Assembly: GCA_002411015.1 (NCBI GenBank)
Contig: DHPY01000074.1
Span: forward strand, 4,126-68,125
Length of the DNA stretch: 64,000 bases
Origin: Armatimonadetes bacterium UBA5352
Lineage (GTDB): Bacteria > Armatimonadota > Zipacnadia > Zipacnadales > UBA5352
Direction: 5' to 3'
Shown here one piece after another: positions 45,428-56,300 of the stretch. A program made the position numbers and the translations under genes. Each line of letters opens with the position of its first letter. Position 1 is the stretch's first letter. The notes below the pieces were generated by a model. It was not told the origin of the DNA. It saw only the letters and a list, made by a program, of their open reading frames with translations, and ran no database searches.

Positions 45428-46444
45428 TCACGGCTCCACGATCGCGCGCAGCATATCCTCCGGGCGCGACGCGGTGGCCTCCATCGCCTCGGCAGTCTGC
45501 TCCAGCGAGTAGCGCCGCACAGGCAGCGCGCGCAGGTCCGCCCTGCCCGACGCGATCAGGCCGAGCGCTTCATCGAGCGTGTCCCGCGAGCGGCGGGAGA
45601 AGATGACGGTCAGCTCCCGGCGGCGTGGGATCGTCGAGTCAAAACGCACCTCATCCGGGTGCGGGATGCCGACCACGACCACCCGTCCGGCGGGGCGCGT
45701 GAGCCGCATCCCCTGCTCGACCGCGGCGCTGTCGCCGGAGCACTCGAAGGTCACATCCGCCTCCACCCCCTGCTCCAGCAACTCCTCGTACGATGCGCCG
45801 AGCGGCGCTGCGCCGAGGCTCGCGGGCCACTCGCGCCTCGCCGCGATCGGCTCCGCGAGCGCGATCTCCGTGACGCCGCGCGCCATCACCGCGAGCAGCG
45901 TGCACATCCCGATCGTGCCCGCTCCGAGGATCGCGACCCGATCGCCGGGCCTCGCGGCGGAGAGACGGGCGGCGTGGATGCCCACTCCGAGCGGCTCGAT
46001 CAGCGCGCCCTCGATGAAGCTCGCGCCCGCAGGCAGCGCGCGCACGGCGAACGCCGGGCAGGCGATGTACTCCGCCAGGGCCCCGTCGCGCTGCGGGAAG
46101 CTCGGGAAGATCACGTTGCGGCAGAGGTTCTCGTGGCCGCCACGGCAGAGGTCGCACTCCCCGCAGTGCCAGCTTGGCTCCACGGCGACGGGCGTGCCGA
46201 CCGCGGGGCCTATCACGCCCTTGCCGAGCGCCGCGACCTCCCCGGAGAACTCGTGGCCCTGGATCATCGGGTGATCGGGCGCCACGCCGCTGGCGTGACC
46301 GTCCTGGTAGAGGCGCAGGTCGGAGGGGCAGATTGCCACCGCGCGCACGCGCACGAGCACCTCCCCCGGCCCTGCCTCCGGTGTCGGCGCCTCATCCACG
46401 TGCACATCCCTTGCAGCATGAAGCCGCGCTGCCCGCACGAGCAA
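45428..46444 (-). CDS. Zinc-dependent alcohol/polyol dehydrogenase (MDR family)
   Basis: Contains VRAVAICPSDLRLY, GHEFSGEV, a structural-Zn Cys cluster CGECDLCRGGHENLC and the Rossmann motif ILGAGTIG. TTG/GTG start is ambiguous (46444 or 46438). Confidence 0.9.
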   Translation of the reverse strand: MLVRAARLHAARDVHVDEAPTPEAGPGEVLVRVRAVAICPSDLRLYQDGHASGVAPDHPMIQGHEFSGEVAALGKGVIGPAVGTPVAVEPSWHCGECDLCRGGHENLCRNVIFPSFPQRDGALAEYIACPAFAVRALPAGASFIEGALIEPLGVGIHAARLSAARPGDRVAILGAGTIGMCTLLAVMARGVTEIALAEPIAARREWPASLGAAPLGASYEELLEQGVEADVTFECSGDSAAVEQGMRLTRPAGRVVVVGIPHPDEVRFDSTIPRRRELTVIFSRRSRDTLDEALGLIASGRADLRALPVRRYSLEQTAEAMEATASRPEDMLRAIVEP

Positions 46445-46700
46445 TCACTCCGTTCCCTGCGTCTGAGTTCGGGGTGGCTCTTCCCTGACGGCGCCCGCGC
46501 ATCCTCCTCGGCATGGGCCGACCTCGCGGCTCGCTCCTTCGTCGCGACCGCTCGTGCGGCCCCTCCCGCTCGTGCACCACGCGGCCCGCACTCCCGGGTG
46601 GCAGGTTCCGCGCGCCCCCGCATGGAATAGAGCGAGGGATAGACGCAGCGGGCGAAGAAGAGCCCTGTGGCGATGAGCATAGCCGTGCAAGGCAGATGAG

Positions 46701-47906
46701 ATGATGAAAGCAACGGTTCTGACTGATGAGCACCGCGCCCTCGGTGCGCGGTTGGCTGAGTTTGCGGGCTGGGAGATGCCGCTGTGGTACGCGGGAGCGT
46801 CGCAGGAGCACACGGCAGTCCGACAGGCCGCCGGTCTCTTCGACATAGGGCACATGGGCGTGCTGGAGATTGCGGGGGAGGATGCCGCGGAGTTCCTCGA
46901 CGACGTGACGACCGCGCGGGCCTCGCAGCTTGAGGTTGGGCGCTGCCGTTACACCTTCCTGCTCGGCCACGATGGCCTCCCGATAGACGACGTCATCATC
47001 TGCCCGATGGCGCCCGAGCGCTTCGTGATGGTCGTCAACGCCTCGAACGCCGATGCCGCGCGCGAGTGGCTGTCCGGTCTCGCGCAGGGGCGCACACCGC
47101 TCGGGGTCCACGATCCTGCGAGCGCGCGCGAGTTCGATCTCACGCTGCGCGAGTTGACCGCTCAGGCGCTTGGCGACGAGCGCCTGACCGGGATGGCGCT
47201 CCAGGGCCCGGACTCGCGCCGGCTGCTGGCGGGGCTGGTGGAGGCGCCGGTGGCACTGGACGCGATGTCGCGCTTCATGATGACCGAGGCGACCATGCTG
47301 GGCGCGCCCGCGCTGCTCTCACGCACAGGCTACACCGGCGAGGCGATCGGCTTCGAGTTGTTTGTGCCGGCAGGGGAGGCCGTGCGCGTCTGGCGGGCGT
47401 TGCTGGAGGCCGGCGCAACCCCGGCGGGCCTTGCGGCACGCGATTCGCTGCGCATTGAGGCGGGCCTGCCGCTCTTCGGGCATGAGCTGGTGGGGCGGCA
47501 TGAGATCACGCCCTTCGGCGCGGGCTACGGGCGCTTCCTTGAGGCCGACAAGCCCTTCTTCGTCGGCGGCGAGGCGCTGTTGGCGCGCGAAGAAAGCCGC
47601 GGCTTCGAGGTCATCCGCTTCAGCCTCAACGAACCCGGCGCCCGGGCGATCCGCGCGGACGATCCGGTCGGCTCAGGCCGCGGGCAGATGATCGGCTGGG
47701 TGACAAGCTGTGCGCTGGCGGGAGAGCTGCAGTGCGGGATGGCATGGATCGACCGCAAGCTCGCGCGCGAGGGCTCGGAGCTGCTGCTCTACCCCGCGCG
47801 GCACCTTGAGCGCGCGGCCGACACGCGTGATGTCGCGGCGTTGAAGCCGGGCGATCACCTTCCGATGCACGAGACGGCGACGGTCCTGACACGTTTCCGC
47901 AGATAG
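46701..47906 (+). CDS. gcvT: Glycine cleavage system aminomethyltransferase T
   Basis: Contains HRALGARLAEFAGWEMPLWY...EHTAVRQAAGLFDIGHMG, and the operon context with gcvH and gcvP. Confidence 0.92.
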   Translation: MMKATVLTDEHRALGARLAEFAGWEMPLWYAGASQEHTAVRQAAGLFDIGHMGVLEIAGEDAAEFLDDVTTARASQLEVGRCRYTFLLGHDGLPIDDVIICPMAPERFVMVVNASNADAAREWLSGLAQGRTPLGVHDPASAREFDLTLRELTAQALGDERLTGMALQGPDSRRLLAGLVEAPVALDAMSRFMMTEATMLGAPALLSRTGYTGEAIGFELFVPAGEAVRVWRALLEAGATPAGLAARDSLRIEAGLPLFGHELVGRHEITPFGAGYGRFLEADKPFFVGGEALLAREESRGFEVIRFSLNEPGARAIRADDPVGSGRGQMIGWVTSCALAGELQCGMAWIDRKLAREGSELLLYPARHLERAADTRDVAALKPGDHLPMHETATVLTRFRR

Positions 47907-47919
47907 AGGAGGAACTCAG

Positions 47920-48303
47920 ATGGAGCTTCCGAACGATCGCAGGTATACGCAGTCGCATGAGTGGGCGAAGCTGGACGGCGATGTGGTGCGCGTGGGGATC
48001 ACGGAATTCGCAGTGGAGCAGCTCGGTGACATCATCTTCCTCGACCTTCCGGAGGTCGGCACCGCGGTCCGCGCGGGCGCCGCGTTCGGTGAGATCGAGA
48101 GCGTCAAGGCTGTCTCCGACCTGATCTCGCCAGTGACCGGAGAGGTGCGCGAGGTCAATGAGAAGCTGATGGACGACCTCGACGCCTTCGCCGACGACCC
48201 GTGGGAGGCCGGGTGGATGATCGTGGTGGCGCCGGAGGACCCGTCGGAGCTGGATGGCCTGCTCGACGCCGATGGCTACGCTGCCAAGGCTGAGGAGGCG
48301 TGA
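47920..48303 (+). CDS. gcvH: Glycine cleavage system H protein
   Basis: Contains YTQSHEWAKLDGDVVRVGITEFA..LGDI and the lipoyl-lysine motif GEIESVKAVSDL. Confidence 0.95.
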   Translation: MELPNDRRYTQSHEWAKLDGDVVRVGITEFAVEQLGDIIFLDLPEVGTAVRAGAAFGEIESVKAVSDLISPVTGEVREVNEKLMDDLDAFADDPWEAGWMIVVAPEDPSELDGLLDADGYAAKAEEA

Positions 48304-48305
48304 CG

Positions 48306-49661
48306 ATGCCAGGAACGCCGCACTCAGACCGCGACCGGCGGGAGATGCTGGCGGCGCTCGGCATCGACGCGGCCGATGCGCTCTTCGCGGACATCCCGCA
48401 GAGCCTTCGCGCGACGGCGATGCCGGAGCTGCCGCCGCCGCTCACGGAGATGGAGCTGCGCGACGAGGCGCGACGGGTCAGCGACCTCAACCGCAACCTC
48501 GATGACCTGGTCTGCTTCGCGGGAGGCGGGATCTACGATCGCTTCATCCCGGCGATCGTCGGCAGCGTCGCGAGCCGGCCGGAGTTCGTCACGCCCTACA
48601 CGCCCTACCAGCCGGAGGCCTCGCAGGGCACCCTCGAGGCGATCTTCGAGTACCAGACGATGATCAGCGAGCTCACGGCGCTGCCGGTGGCGAATGCGTC
48701 GCTCTACGATGGCGCGACCGCGATGGGCGAGGCGGTGCTGATGGCTGCCGACGCCACCGGCCGCTCACGAGCGCTGATGGCGGGCGCACTCGCCCCGGCC
48801 GCACGCCAGGCCACGCGCACCTACGCCGAGGCCAGCGGCGTGCAGATCGCCGAGGTCCCGTGGGATGACGCGAGCGGCCAGACCGACCTTGGCGCGCTCG
48901 CGGAGATGCTGGGCGATGACGTCGCCTGCGTCGCGCTGCAGCAGCCGAACTACTTCGGCTGCCTCGAGGAGATGGCGGAAGCATCCTGGCTGGCACACGA
49001 GGCGGGGGCGCTGTTCATCGCGATGGTTGAGCCGATCTCGCTGGGCGTGCTGGCGCCTCCGGGGGAGTATGCCGCCGACATCGCGGTGGGTGAGGGGCAG
49101 CCGCTCGGGCTGCCGCCAGGCTTCGGCGGACCGCTGCTCGGCATGTTCGCCTGCACCGAGCAGCACCTGCGGCGGATGCCCGGGCGCGTCGTCGGGCGGA
49201 GCGTTGACGCGGACGGCAAGGTCGCGTATTGCCTGACGCTGCAGACGCGCGAGCAGCACATCCGCCGCGCACGCGCGACCAGCAACATCTGCACGAATGA
49301 GGGCCTGTGCGCGCTGGCCGCGTCGGTCTACCTCGCCGCGATGGGCCCACAGGGGCTGCGCGAGGCGGCGCTGCTCGGCGCAGAGCGCGCGCATGAACTG
49401 CAGGAGGCGATGGCCGATTCCGGCCTGCAGCCGCGCTTTGGTGGCGCGTTCCTGAACGAGTTCGCCCTGCGCCTGCCGGGCGATGCCGAGGCCACCGTGC
49501 GCGCGCTCTGCGAAGACGGTTGGCTGGTCGGGCCGACGCTCGGCCGCGACTACCCGGAGTTGAGCGACTGCGTGCTCGTCGCCGCCACGGAGCGGCGCAC
49601 GCGTGAGGAGATCGCGGGCCTCGCCGAGGCGCTCCAGCGCGCGGCCCGTCCGGAGGATTGA
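48306..49661 (+). CDS. gcvPA: Glycine dehydrogenase (decarboxylating) subunit 1
   Basis: ATG 48306 lies 8 nt after GAGGAGG. Contains EMLAALGI, FIPAIV, YTPYQPE.SQGTLEAIFEYQTMI and TREQHIRR. Confidence 0.93.
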   Translation: MPGTPHSDRDRREMLAALGIDAADALFADIPQSLRATAMPELPPPLTEMELRDEARRVSDLNRNLDDLVCFAGGGIYDRFIPAIVGSVASRPEFVTPYTPYQPEASQGTLEAIFEYQTMISELTALPVANASLYDGATAMGEAVLMAADATGRSRALMAGALAPAARQATRTYAEASGVQIAEVPWDDASGQTDLGALAEMLGDDVACVALQQPNYFGCLEEMAEASWLAHEAGALFIAMVEPISLGVLAPPGEYAADIAVGEGQPLGLPPGFGGPLLGMFACTEQHLRRMPGRVVGRSVDADGKVAYCLTLQTREQHIRRARATSNICTNEGLCALAASVYLAAMGPQGLREAALLGAERAHELQEAMADSGLQPRFGGAFLNEFALRLPGDAEATVRALCEDGWLVGPTLGRDYPELSDCVLVAATERRTREEIAGLAEALQRAARPED

Positions 49662-49664
49662 CCG

Positions 49665-51137
49665 ATGGCTGAGCCGACGCTGTTCGACCTGTCACAGCCC
49701 GGGAAGCGCTGCATCACGATGCCGCAGCCTGCGCGGGCGCCGGAGCAGTATCTGCCCGAGGGGCAACTGCGCGCGGAGCCGCCGGCGCTGCCGGAGGTGA
49801 GCGAGCCGGAGATCGCGCGACACTACGCGCGCCTCGCCGCGTGGAACTTCAACGTGGACCGCAACTTCTACCCGCTCGGCTCCTGTACGATGAAGTACAA
49901 CCCGCGCGCGAGCGAGGCGATCGCCGCTGAGCCCGGCTGGGCGCGGCTGCACCCGGCGACCCCGGAGGAGTGCATGCAGGGGGCGCTGCGGCTCATGCGC
50001 GACCTGGAGACGTGGCTCGCCGCGATCCTCGGGATGGACGCGGTCTCCCTCCAGCCCCCCGCCGGCGCCGCGGGCGAGTTCACATCGCTGCGCGTCTTCC
50101 GCGCATGGCACGATTCGCACGGCGACACCGCGAGGAGGCGCGTGATCGTGCCCGACACCGCGCATGGCACCAACCCCGCATCAGTCGCGCGCTGCGGTTG
50201 GGACGTCACGGTGCTGACCTCCGATGAGGAGGGGCGAGTCTCGCCCGACGCGCTGAGAGACGTGCTGGGCGACGACGTCGCGGCGATCATGCTCACCAAC
50301 CCGAACACCCTGGGGCTGTTCGAGACGCATGTGCTGGAGATCGCCGAGATGGCACATGAGGCCGGCGCGCTCATGTACTGCGATGGCGCGAACCTCAACG
50401 CGCTCCTCGGCCACGCGCGCCCCGGCGACATGGGCTTCGACGCCGTGCACGTGAATCTGCACAAGACCTTCTCCACGCCCCACGGAGGCGGCGGGCCCGG
50501 CTCAGGGCCAATCGCGGTGGTCGCGAAGCTCGAGCCCTTCCTGCCGGCTCCGCGAGTACGGCGTGCGGGCGAGGGCACCCGCACCACGGGTGGCGAGGGT
50601 GCGCTGGAGTGGGACTGGGACCGGCCGCAGAGCATCGGCAAGGTGCAGGCGTGGTTCGGCAACTTCCTCGTGGCGGTGCGCGCGTGGGCCTACATCCGCT
50701 CGATGGGCGCGGAGGGCCTGCGGCAGGCCACCGAGGACGCGGTGCTGGCCGCCAACTACATCCGCCGGGCGCTGGAGGGCGAGCTTGACCTGCCCTACCC
50801 GGCGACCTGCATGCACGAATGCGTGTTCTCCGCGAAGACGCTTGCCGATGAGCGTGGCGTCCACGCGGCGGATATCGCGAAGCGCCTGCTCGACTACGGC
50901 ATCCATCCGCCGACGATGTACTTCCCGCTGATCGTCGAGGAGGCGCTGATGATCGAGCCGACCGAGACCGAGTCGAAGGCGACGCTCGACCAGTTCATCG
51001 CGGCCATGCGCGAGATACTGCGCGACGCGGCCGAGCAGCCTGATCTGCTGCACGAGGCGCCTCACACGACGCCGGTCCGGCGCGTGGACGAGGTCAACGC
51101 GGCTCGTAAGCCGGTGCTGAGGTGGCAGAAGACGTAG
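49665..51137 (+). CDS. gcvPB: Glycine dehydrogenase (decarboxylating) subunit 2
   Basis: Contains HYARLAAWNFNVD, FYPLGSCTMKYNP, the PLP-lysine region VNLHKTFSTPHGGGGPG and MIEPTE.ESK. Confidence 0.95.
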   Translation: MAEPTLFDLSQPGKRCITMPQPARAPEQYLPEGQLRAEPPALPEVSEPEIARHYARLAAWNFNVDRNFYPLGSCTMKYNPRASEAIAAEPGWARLHPATPEECMQGALRLMRDLETWLAAILGMDAVSLQPPAGAAGEFTSLRVFRAWHDSHGDTARRRVIVPDTAHGTNPASVARCGWDVTVLTSDEEGRVSPDALRDVLGDDVAAIMLTNPNTLGLFETHVLEIAEMAHEAGALMYCDGANLNALLGHARPGDMGFDAVHVNLHKTFSTPHGGGGPGSGPIAVVAKLEPFLPAPRVRRAGEGTRTTGGEGALEWDWDRPQSIGKVQAWFGNFLVAVRAWAYIRSMGAEGLRQATEDAVLAANYIRRALEGELDLPYPATCMHECVFSAKTLADERGVHAADIAKRLLDYGIHPPTMYFPLIVEEALMIEPTETESKATLDQFIAAMREILRDAAEQPDLLHEAPHTTPVRRVDEVNAARKPVLRWQKT

Positions 51138-51207
51138 GCGGCGCGCTCACCAGCCGCGCACAGATCAGCCGATCCGAGTTCATGTCTCTCTCGCCGGAGG
51201 ACGGAAG

Positions 51208-53355
51208 ATGAGGTGCGTGATGGCAATGATCCAGTGCAGTCTGCTGCTGGCAGCGGCGGCATCGTCACTCGTGGTCGGTCAGGCCGAGGCACAGCAACTC
51301 CCCCTGGAGCAGCTTCGCGAGGTGCGGCGGGAGCTTGCGCACCAGCCGCGCGGGATCATCGCGAACAACGACGGCTGCGACTGCCTCTACTACCCGAAGG
51401 ACCGGGAGATCAGCGTCCAGAACTTCCTCGACCTCCGCACGACTGCACTCGCGGACTCGCAGGTCTCCAGCGTCGCCTACACCACGATCAGCTCCGGCTT
51501 CAGCTTCTTCACGCACGACACGAATGTCGGCACGGTGCTCACGCGCGAGCCGGAGGACTTCGGCCTTCTCCCGAACACGCGCAACGCCACGCAGCCGCTC
51601 ATCGACCTCGGCTCCGATTGCCTGAAGAGCGTGCTGGACTTCTGCCACGCCAACGGCATGGAGTGCTTCTGGTCGATGCGCATGAACGACACGCATGATG
51701 TCGCGTGGGCGCCGGACAAGCCCTACCTTCTCTACCCGCCACTGAAGGAGGAGCACCCGGAGTGGCTCGTCGGCGCTCCGGATCGCCGCGGGCCGGTCGG
51801 CCGGTGGAGCTCCGTGAACTACGCCCTCGAAGAGGTCCGGGATCTCGCATTCGGCTACCTCGAGGAGGTCTGCCGCAACTACGACGTGGATGGCATTGAG
51901 CTCGACTTCCTCCGCCACCTCTGCTACTTCGCGAGCGTCGCGAGCGGCGGCGTTGCCACGGAGGAAGAGGTCGAGGCGATGACCGGGTTGATGCGCCGCG
52001 TCCGCGCGATGACCGAAGAGGTGGGCCTGGAGCGCGGGCGGCCGATCCTCGTCTCCATGCGCGTGCCGGACTCGGTCGAGATGTCGCGCGAGTGCGGGCT
52101 GGACATCGAGCGGTGGCTGGAAGAGGGGCTGCTGGATATCCTCATCACCAGCGACTACTTCCGCCTGAACCCGTGGGAGTACAGCGTCGAGCTTGGCCAA
52201 CGCTACGGCGTAGCGGTCTACCCGTGCCTGACCGACTCGCGGGTGACCGGCGAGACGCGCTACCGGCGCAAGTCTGCGGCGAGCTACCGCGGGCGCGCGA
52301 TGAACGCCTGGGCGGCAGGCGCCGACGGCATGCACACCTTCAACCTCTTCAACCCGACCTCGGAGATCTTCCGGCAGGTGGGCGACCCGGCCTCCATGGC
52401 CACCCTTGACAAGCTCTACTACGCGACTGCGGTGGATGGCCTGGCCGACCGCTGGCTCGTTGGCGGGGAGCGCCATCGCACGCTGAGGATGCTCGCGCCC
52501 AGCCAGCCCGCAAGCATCAGCCCCGGCGCACCTGTGCGGATGGACATCATGATCGGTGAGGACTTCGCCCTCGCCCGCGAGCAGGGCGGCGAGCCGACTG
52601 TCACGCTGTCGCTTGAGCTGCCCGGCGTCAGCGATCCTGGTTCCGTGCATGCCGGCTTCAACGGCCATCCGCTGGAGGGCGGCACGATGGCGGACGGGTG
52701 GCTTGATCTCCCGCTGCAGGTCGAGTGGATCGAGCGGGGCAGGAACTCTGTGGAGGTCAGCCTGGACGAAAGCGCCGCTCCCGCCAAGGATGAGTGGAGG
52801 CTCGTGTGGGAGGCGACGGAGCGGCCGCAGGCGCCGTGGCATCGCGATCCGGGCTCCGCGCGCACTGAGGACGCGCTGCAGGATGGCGCGATGCTCATCG
52901 CCGACCGCGGCACCGTCTCCGGCGACTACCACTTCTTCCGCTACGACTGGGCGATTGCGCCCGAGGAGCAGACCGTGGTCGAGGCGCAGGCGAAGGTCAT
53001 CTCCGGCGGGAGCTTCGTCATCGTGACGAACGGCAAGGCGCAGGAGCGCCTGGCGCTCTACCCCGACCACATCGAGCTCTTCTTCAACACCGACATCCGC
53101 TACGACATGGACACCACCGACAACTTCCACAGCTACAGGATCGTCAGTGAGGGCGAGGACCTGAAGGTCTACGTGGACGGGGAGCTTCGCCTCGACGCCA
53201 CCGGCCGCTTCGTGAAGGGCGGCACCGGCGCGAAGCAGCTTGCCTTCGGCGCGGCGAACAGCACCGACGTCGGTGAGGCGCTCTGGCGGAGCGTCCGCGC
53301 GCGCTTCGCCGGGCAGGCCTGCAGGGACATGCTCGTGACCGTGAACTACGAGTAG
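51208..53355 (+). CDS. Secreted glycoside-hydrolase-like TIM-barrel protein (GHL10-like) with a C-terminal beta-sandwich region
   Basis: GGAGG RBS and signal peptide. Contains CHANGMECFWSMRMND.HD and YDVDGIELDFLRH, typical of the GH-like 10 family. The antisense 754-aa ORF is rejected. Confidence 0.7.
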   Translation: MRCVMAMIQCSLLLAAAASSLVVGQAEAQQLPLEQLREVRRELAHQPRGIIANNDGCDCLYYPKDREISVQNFLDLRTTALADSQVSSVAYTTISSGFSFFTHDTNVGTVLTREPEDFGLLPNTRNATQPLIDLGSDCLKSVLDFCHANGMECFWSMRMNDTHDVAWAPDKPYLLYPPLKEEHPEWLVGAPDRRGPVGRWSSVNYALEEVRDLAFGYLEEVCRNYDVDGIELDFLRHLCYFASVASGGVATEEEVEAMTGLMRRVRAMTEEVGLERGRPILVSMRVPDSVEMSRECGLDIERWLEEGLLDILITSDYFRLNPWEYSVELGQRYGVAVYPCLTDSRVTGETRYRRKSAASYRGRAMNAWAAGADGMHTFNLFNPTSEIFRQVGDPASMATLDKLYYATAVDGLADRWLVGGERHRTLRMLAPSQPASISPGAPVRMDIMIGEDFALAREQGGEPTVTLSLELPGVSDPGSVHAGFNGHPLEGGTMADGWLDLPLQVEWIERGRNSVEVSLDESAAPAKDEWRLVWEATERPQAPWHRDPGSARTEDALQDGAMLIADRGTVSGDYHFFRYDWAIAPEEQTVVEAQAKVISGGSFVIVTNGKAQERLALYPDHIELFFNTDIRYDMDTTDNFHSYRIVSEGEDLKVYVDGELRLDATGRFVKGGTGAKQLAFGAANSTDVGEALWRSVRARFAGQACRDMLVTVNYE

Positions 53356-53399
53356 TTCGGGGGCGCGGACAATGCATCTTGAGAGGAACGGTGGGAACC

Positions 53400-56300
53400 G
53401 TGAGATCCCTGACGCTGATTCTGTCCGTCTTCGCCGCAGTCGGCTGCATCTCATTGGCGCAGGGGCAGACCGAGCCGAACCTGGAGTTGCTGGGCGCGGA
53501 GAGCTTCGAGGCCGCCGCCGTCGGTGCATTGCCCGAGGGCTGGAGCGTCGAGTTCGGCCGCGAAGAGGATGTTGCCGTCACCGGCGCAGAGGCATATGAG
53601 GGTGACCGCTCGCTGCACCTCGTGGACAGCTCGCAGACAGCGAGCACCGGCCTGCGCAGCCCGAGGATGCAGGTGGAGCCGGGTTCCGCGTACTGGGTGC
53701 GCGCCTGGTGGCTCGGCGACGCGGGCAATAACGCCTCAGTCTACATCGAGTACTGGGATGCGACGGGTACGCGCATGCAGGAGCATGTGCGCTCCTACGG
53801 CGTCAGCGGCACCGGCCGCTGGTCGCGCCTCCTGACCTCGTCCGTGGCGCCGGAGGGCGCCGTGGCGGCAACCGTCCTGCTCTACTCATCCTCTACCGTG
53901 ACCACCGACGGCTACTTCGACGCAGTCGAGTTCGGGGTGGGCGTCCCGGTCCTCTTCGACCGAACACCGCAGCCGCCTGCGGAGGTCGATCATCCCGTGG
54001 GGCTTTATACAGATGCTGACATCCAGCGCGCAAAGCAGAACATCGAGCGGCACGAGTGGGCGCAGCGCGAGTTCGACGCGATCAAGAGCCGCTGCGAGTG
54101 GTGGATGAACCTGCCCGATGAGGAGATCGCGACCTGGATCCCTGAGGGCACTCCGTTCCGCGTCTGCGACTGCCCGAACTGCGGCGCGGCATGGGGCGTG
54201 GGGCCCTGGACCTTCCTCTCCGACGGGCGCACGCAGTGCAAGCGCTGCGACACCATCTACCCGAACGAGAAGTTCCCGGAGACGGGCGTCGAAGAGCACG
54301 TCAACCCTCTCGGACAGCGCGAGCAGATCAACTCCTACGTGGACGCCGATGGCAAGCGCTTCAGGCTGGAGGGCCTGCGCAAGTACGGGCGGATCAACAA
54401 GCTCGGCAACCTCGGCTGGCTCGGGCGGGCGTATGCGCTCACCGGCGACACGGCCTACGCGGAGAAGGTCCGCAATGTCCTCCTGCGCCTCGCGGAGGTC
54501 TACCCGGCCTACATCGCCCATGACTGGTACAACATCTACCCCGACTACAGCAACCTGCAGTCCGGGAAGATGTCCGGCTGGAAGCTCCACGACGCGACGA
54601 CCTTCATCGAGCTATGCCTCGCCTATGATCTTACGGTGGAGAGCGGCGTCTACTCCGACGAGGACCGCTCGCTGATTGAGGAGGGCGCCTTCCGGGAGGC
54701 CGGGCGGCTGCTCACCAGCACCTCCCCGCGCGGCTACTGCGTCAACGACGGCCCGTTCCTGATGGCCGCCGGAGGCTACATCGGCAAGCTGCTGGGCGAG
54801 CATGACTACGTCGCCTGGGCGATTGAGCCGCCGAACGGCTTCTTCGGCTTCATCGAGGAGAACTTCTGGCGCGACGGGCACTGGGAGGATGGCTCGCCCT
54901 CGTACGAACTGATGGCGCTGAACAAGTTCTACGTGCTGCCCGAGATCATGCAGGGCTACACCGATCCTCCGAGCTACGAGGGCCGCGACCGCTACGAGAA
55001 CCTGGACATGCTCGCGAACCCGCTGCTCAGCAAGGTGCTCGTTGCCGGGATGTACGTCACCTCCCCCGACGGCCATCAGCCCGCGAACAACGACTCCACC
55101 TTCGGCGCGAACTACCCCGCCCGGCATGCTGAGGAGAACTACTTCTGGTTCCCGACTGAGCGCAACCTCCGCCTCATGGCGCACGCATACAGGGGCAATG
55201 CCAGTGACACCGGCTCGGACTACTCGCTTTTCCGCCGCGATCCGGGGCTGAGTTTCGATGATGTGGAGCCGCTGGACGCCGCGGCCGAGAGCCTCGTGCG
55301 GCCGGGCCTCGGCTGGGCGATCCTGCGCGCCGGCGAGGGCGCCGAACAGGTCATGACGCTGCTCGACTTCGGCCCGGTACGCGGCCACGCACACGCGGAC
55401 AAGCTGAACTTCGCCTTCTGGGCGCACGGGCGCGAGCTGGTCACTGACCTCGGCTACCTCGGCGCGCGGCATCACTACCAGCCGTGGCTGCGCGCCCCCG
55501 CCGCGCACAACGAGCTGCTGGTGGATGGCGATGCGCCGAAGATGGCCGCGGGCGAGTTGCAGAGCTTCGCGCCGGGTGAGTTCGCGCAGAGCATTCGCGC
55601 CGCCGCACCGGCGGTCTACGATCAGGTTGAGCGCTACGAGCGCACGCTCACGATGGTCGCGCCGCCCGGGGGGCCGGCCTACCTCGTAGACGTCTTCGAC
55701 GTGAGCGGCGGCGAGCGCCACCTCATGGCCTTCCATGGCGATGGCGAGAGCTTCAGTTCGCCGCTTGAGTTCGCGCCAGACGAGACGGAGTTCATCACCA
55801 CGAAAGCCGAGTCGGGCGACTGGATCCGCTCACAGGAGCGCGCGACTCCCGATGGCTCATTCACCGCAGACTGGCGCATCGCCGCCGAGGATAGCCCCGG
55901 CGTGCGCCTGACAGTGCTCGATGACGCCGCGGCCGCCTGGCACATCACGGCGCCCGGCCTGCGGGATCGCTCGAACACCTGGGGCGACACGACCTTCCAC
56001 GGACTGCTCTGGGAGCAGCCCGGCCCGACCTCGCGCTTCGTCTCAGTCATCGAGGCGGTCAATGGCTCGCCGCGGCTGCGCAGCATCGAGCGCATCGCGA
56101 CCTCCAGCCCGATCGCGACCGGCGTCCGCGTGGAGCGCGATGGCGCCGCCGACTACGTCTTCGTCAGCGACACCACCGAGCCCGTGACCGCCACCGAGCC
56201 CGCCGGTCTGCAGTTCGCGGGCCGCCAGGCGATCGTCAGCATCCGCGATGGGCAGCCGGTCTTCGCGCGGCTGGTTGAGGGCACGAGCCTGACTCTGGGC

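Noticed and set aside
46445-46700. Possible glycine riboswitch in the 256-nt leader of gcvT
   Set aside because: I looked for the conserved GGAGAG ... CGCCGAAGG(A/G)GCAA ... CUCAGGCAAAAGGAC blocks. I found only weak resemblances (ggaatagagcgaggg, gggcgaagaagagcc, gtgcaaggcag). That is not enough to call by eye. cmscan with RF00504 would settle it.
51265-53529. 754-aa minus-strand ORF
   Set aside because: It is fully antisense to the GH-like gene (51208-53355), which has recognisable motifs, an RBS and a signal peptide. Its translation is Arg/Ala/Pro/His-rich low-complexity sequence typical of high-GC antisense frames.
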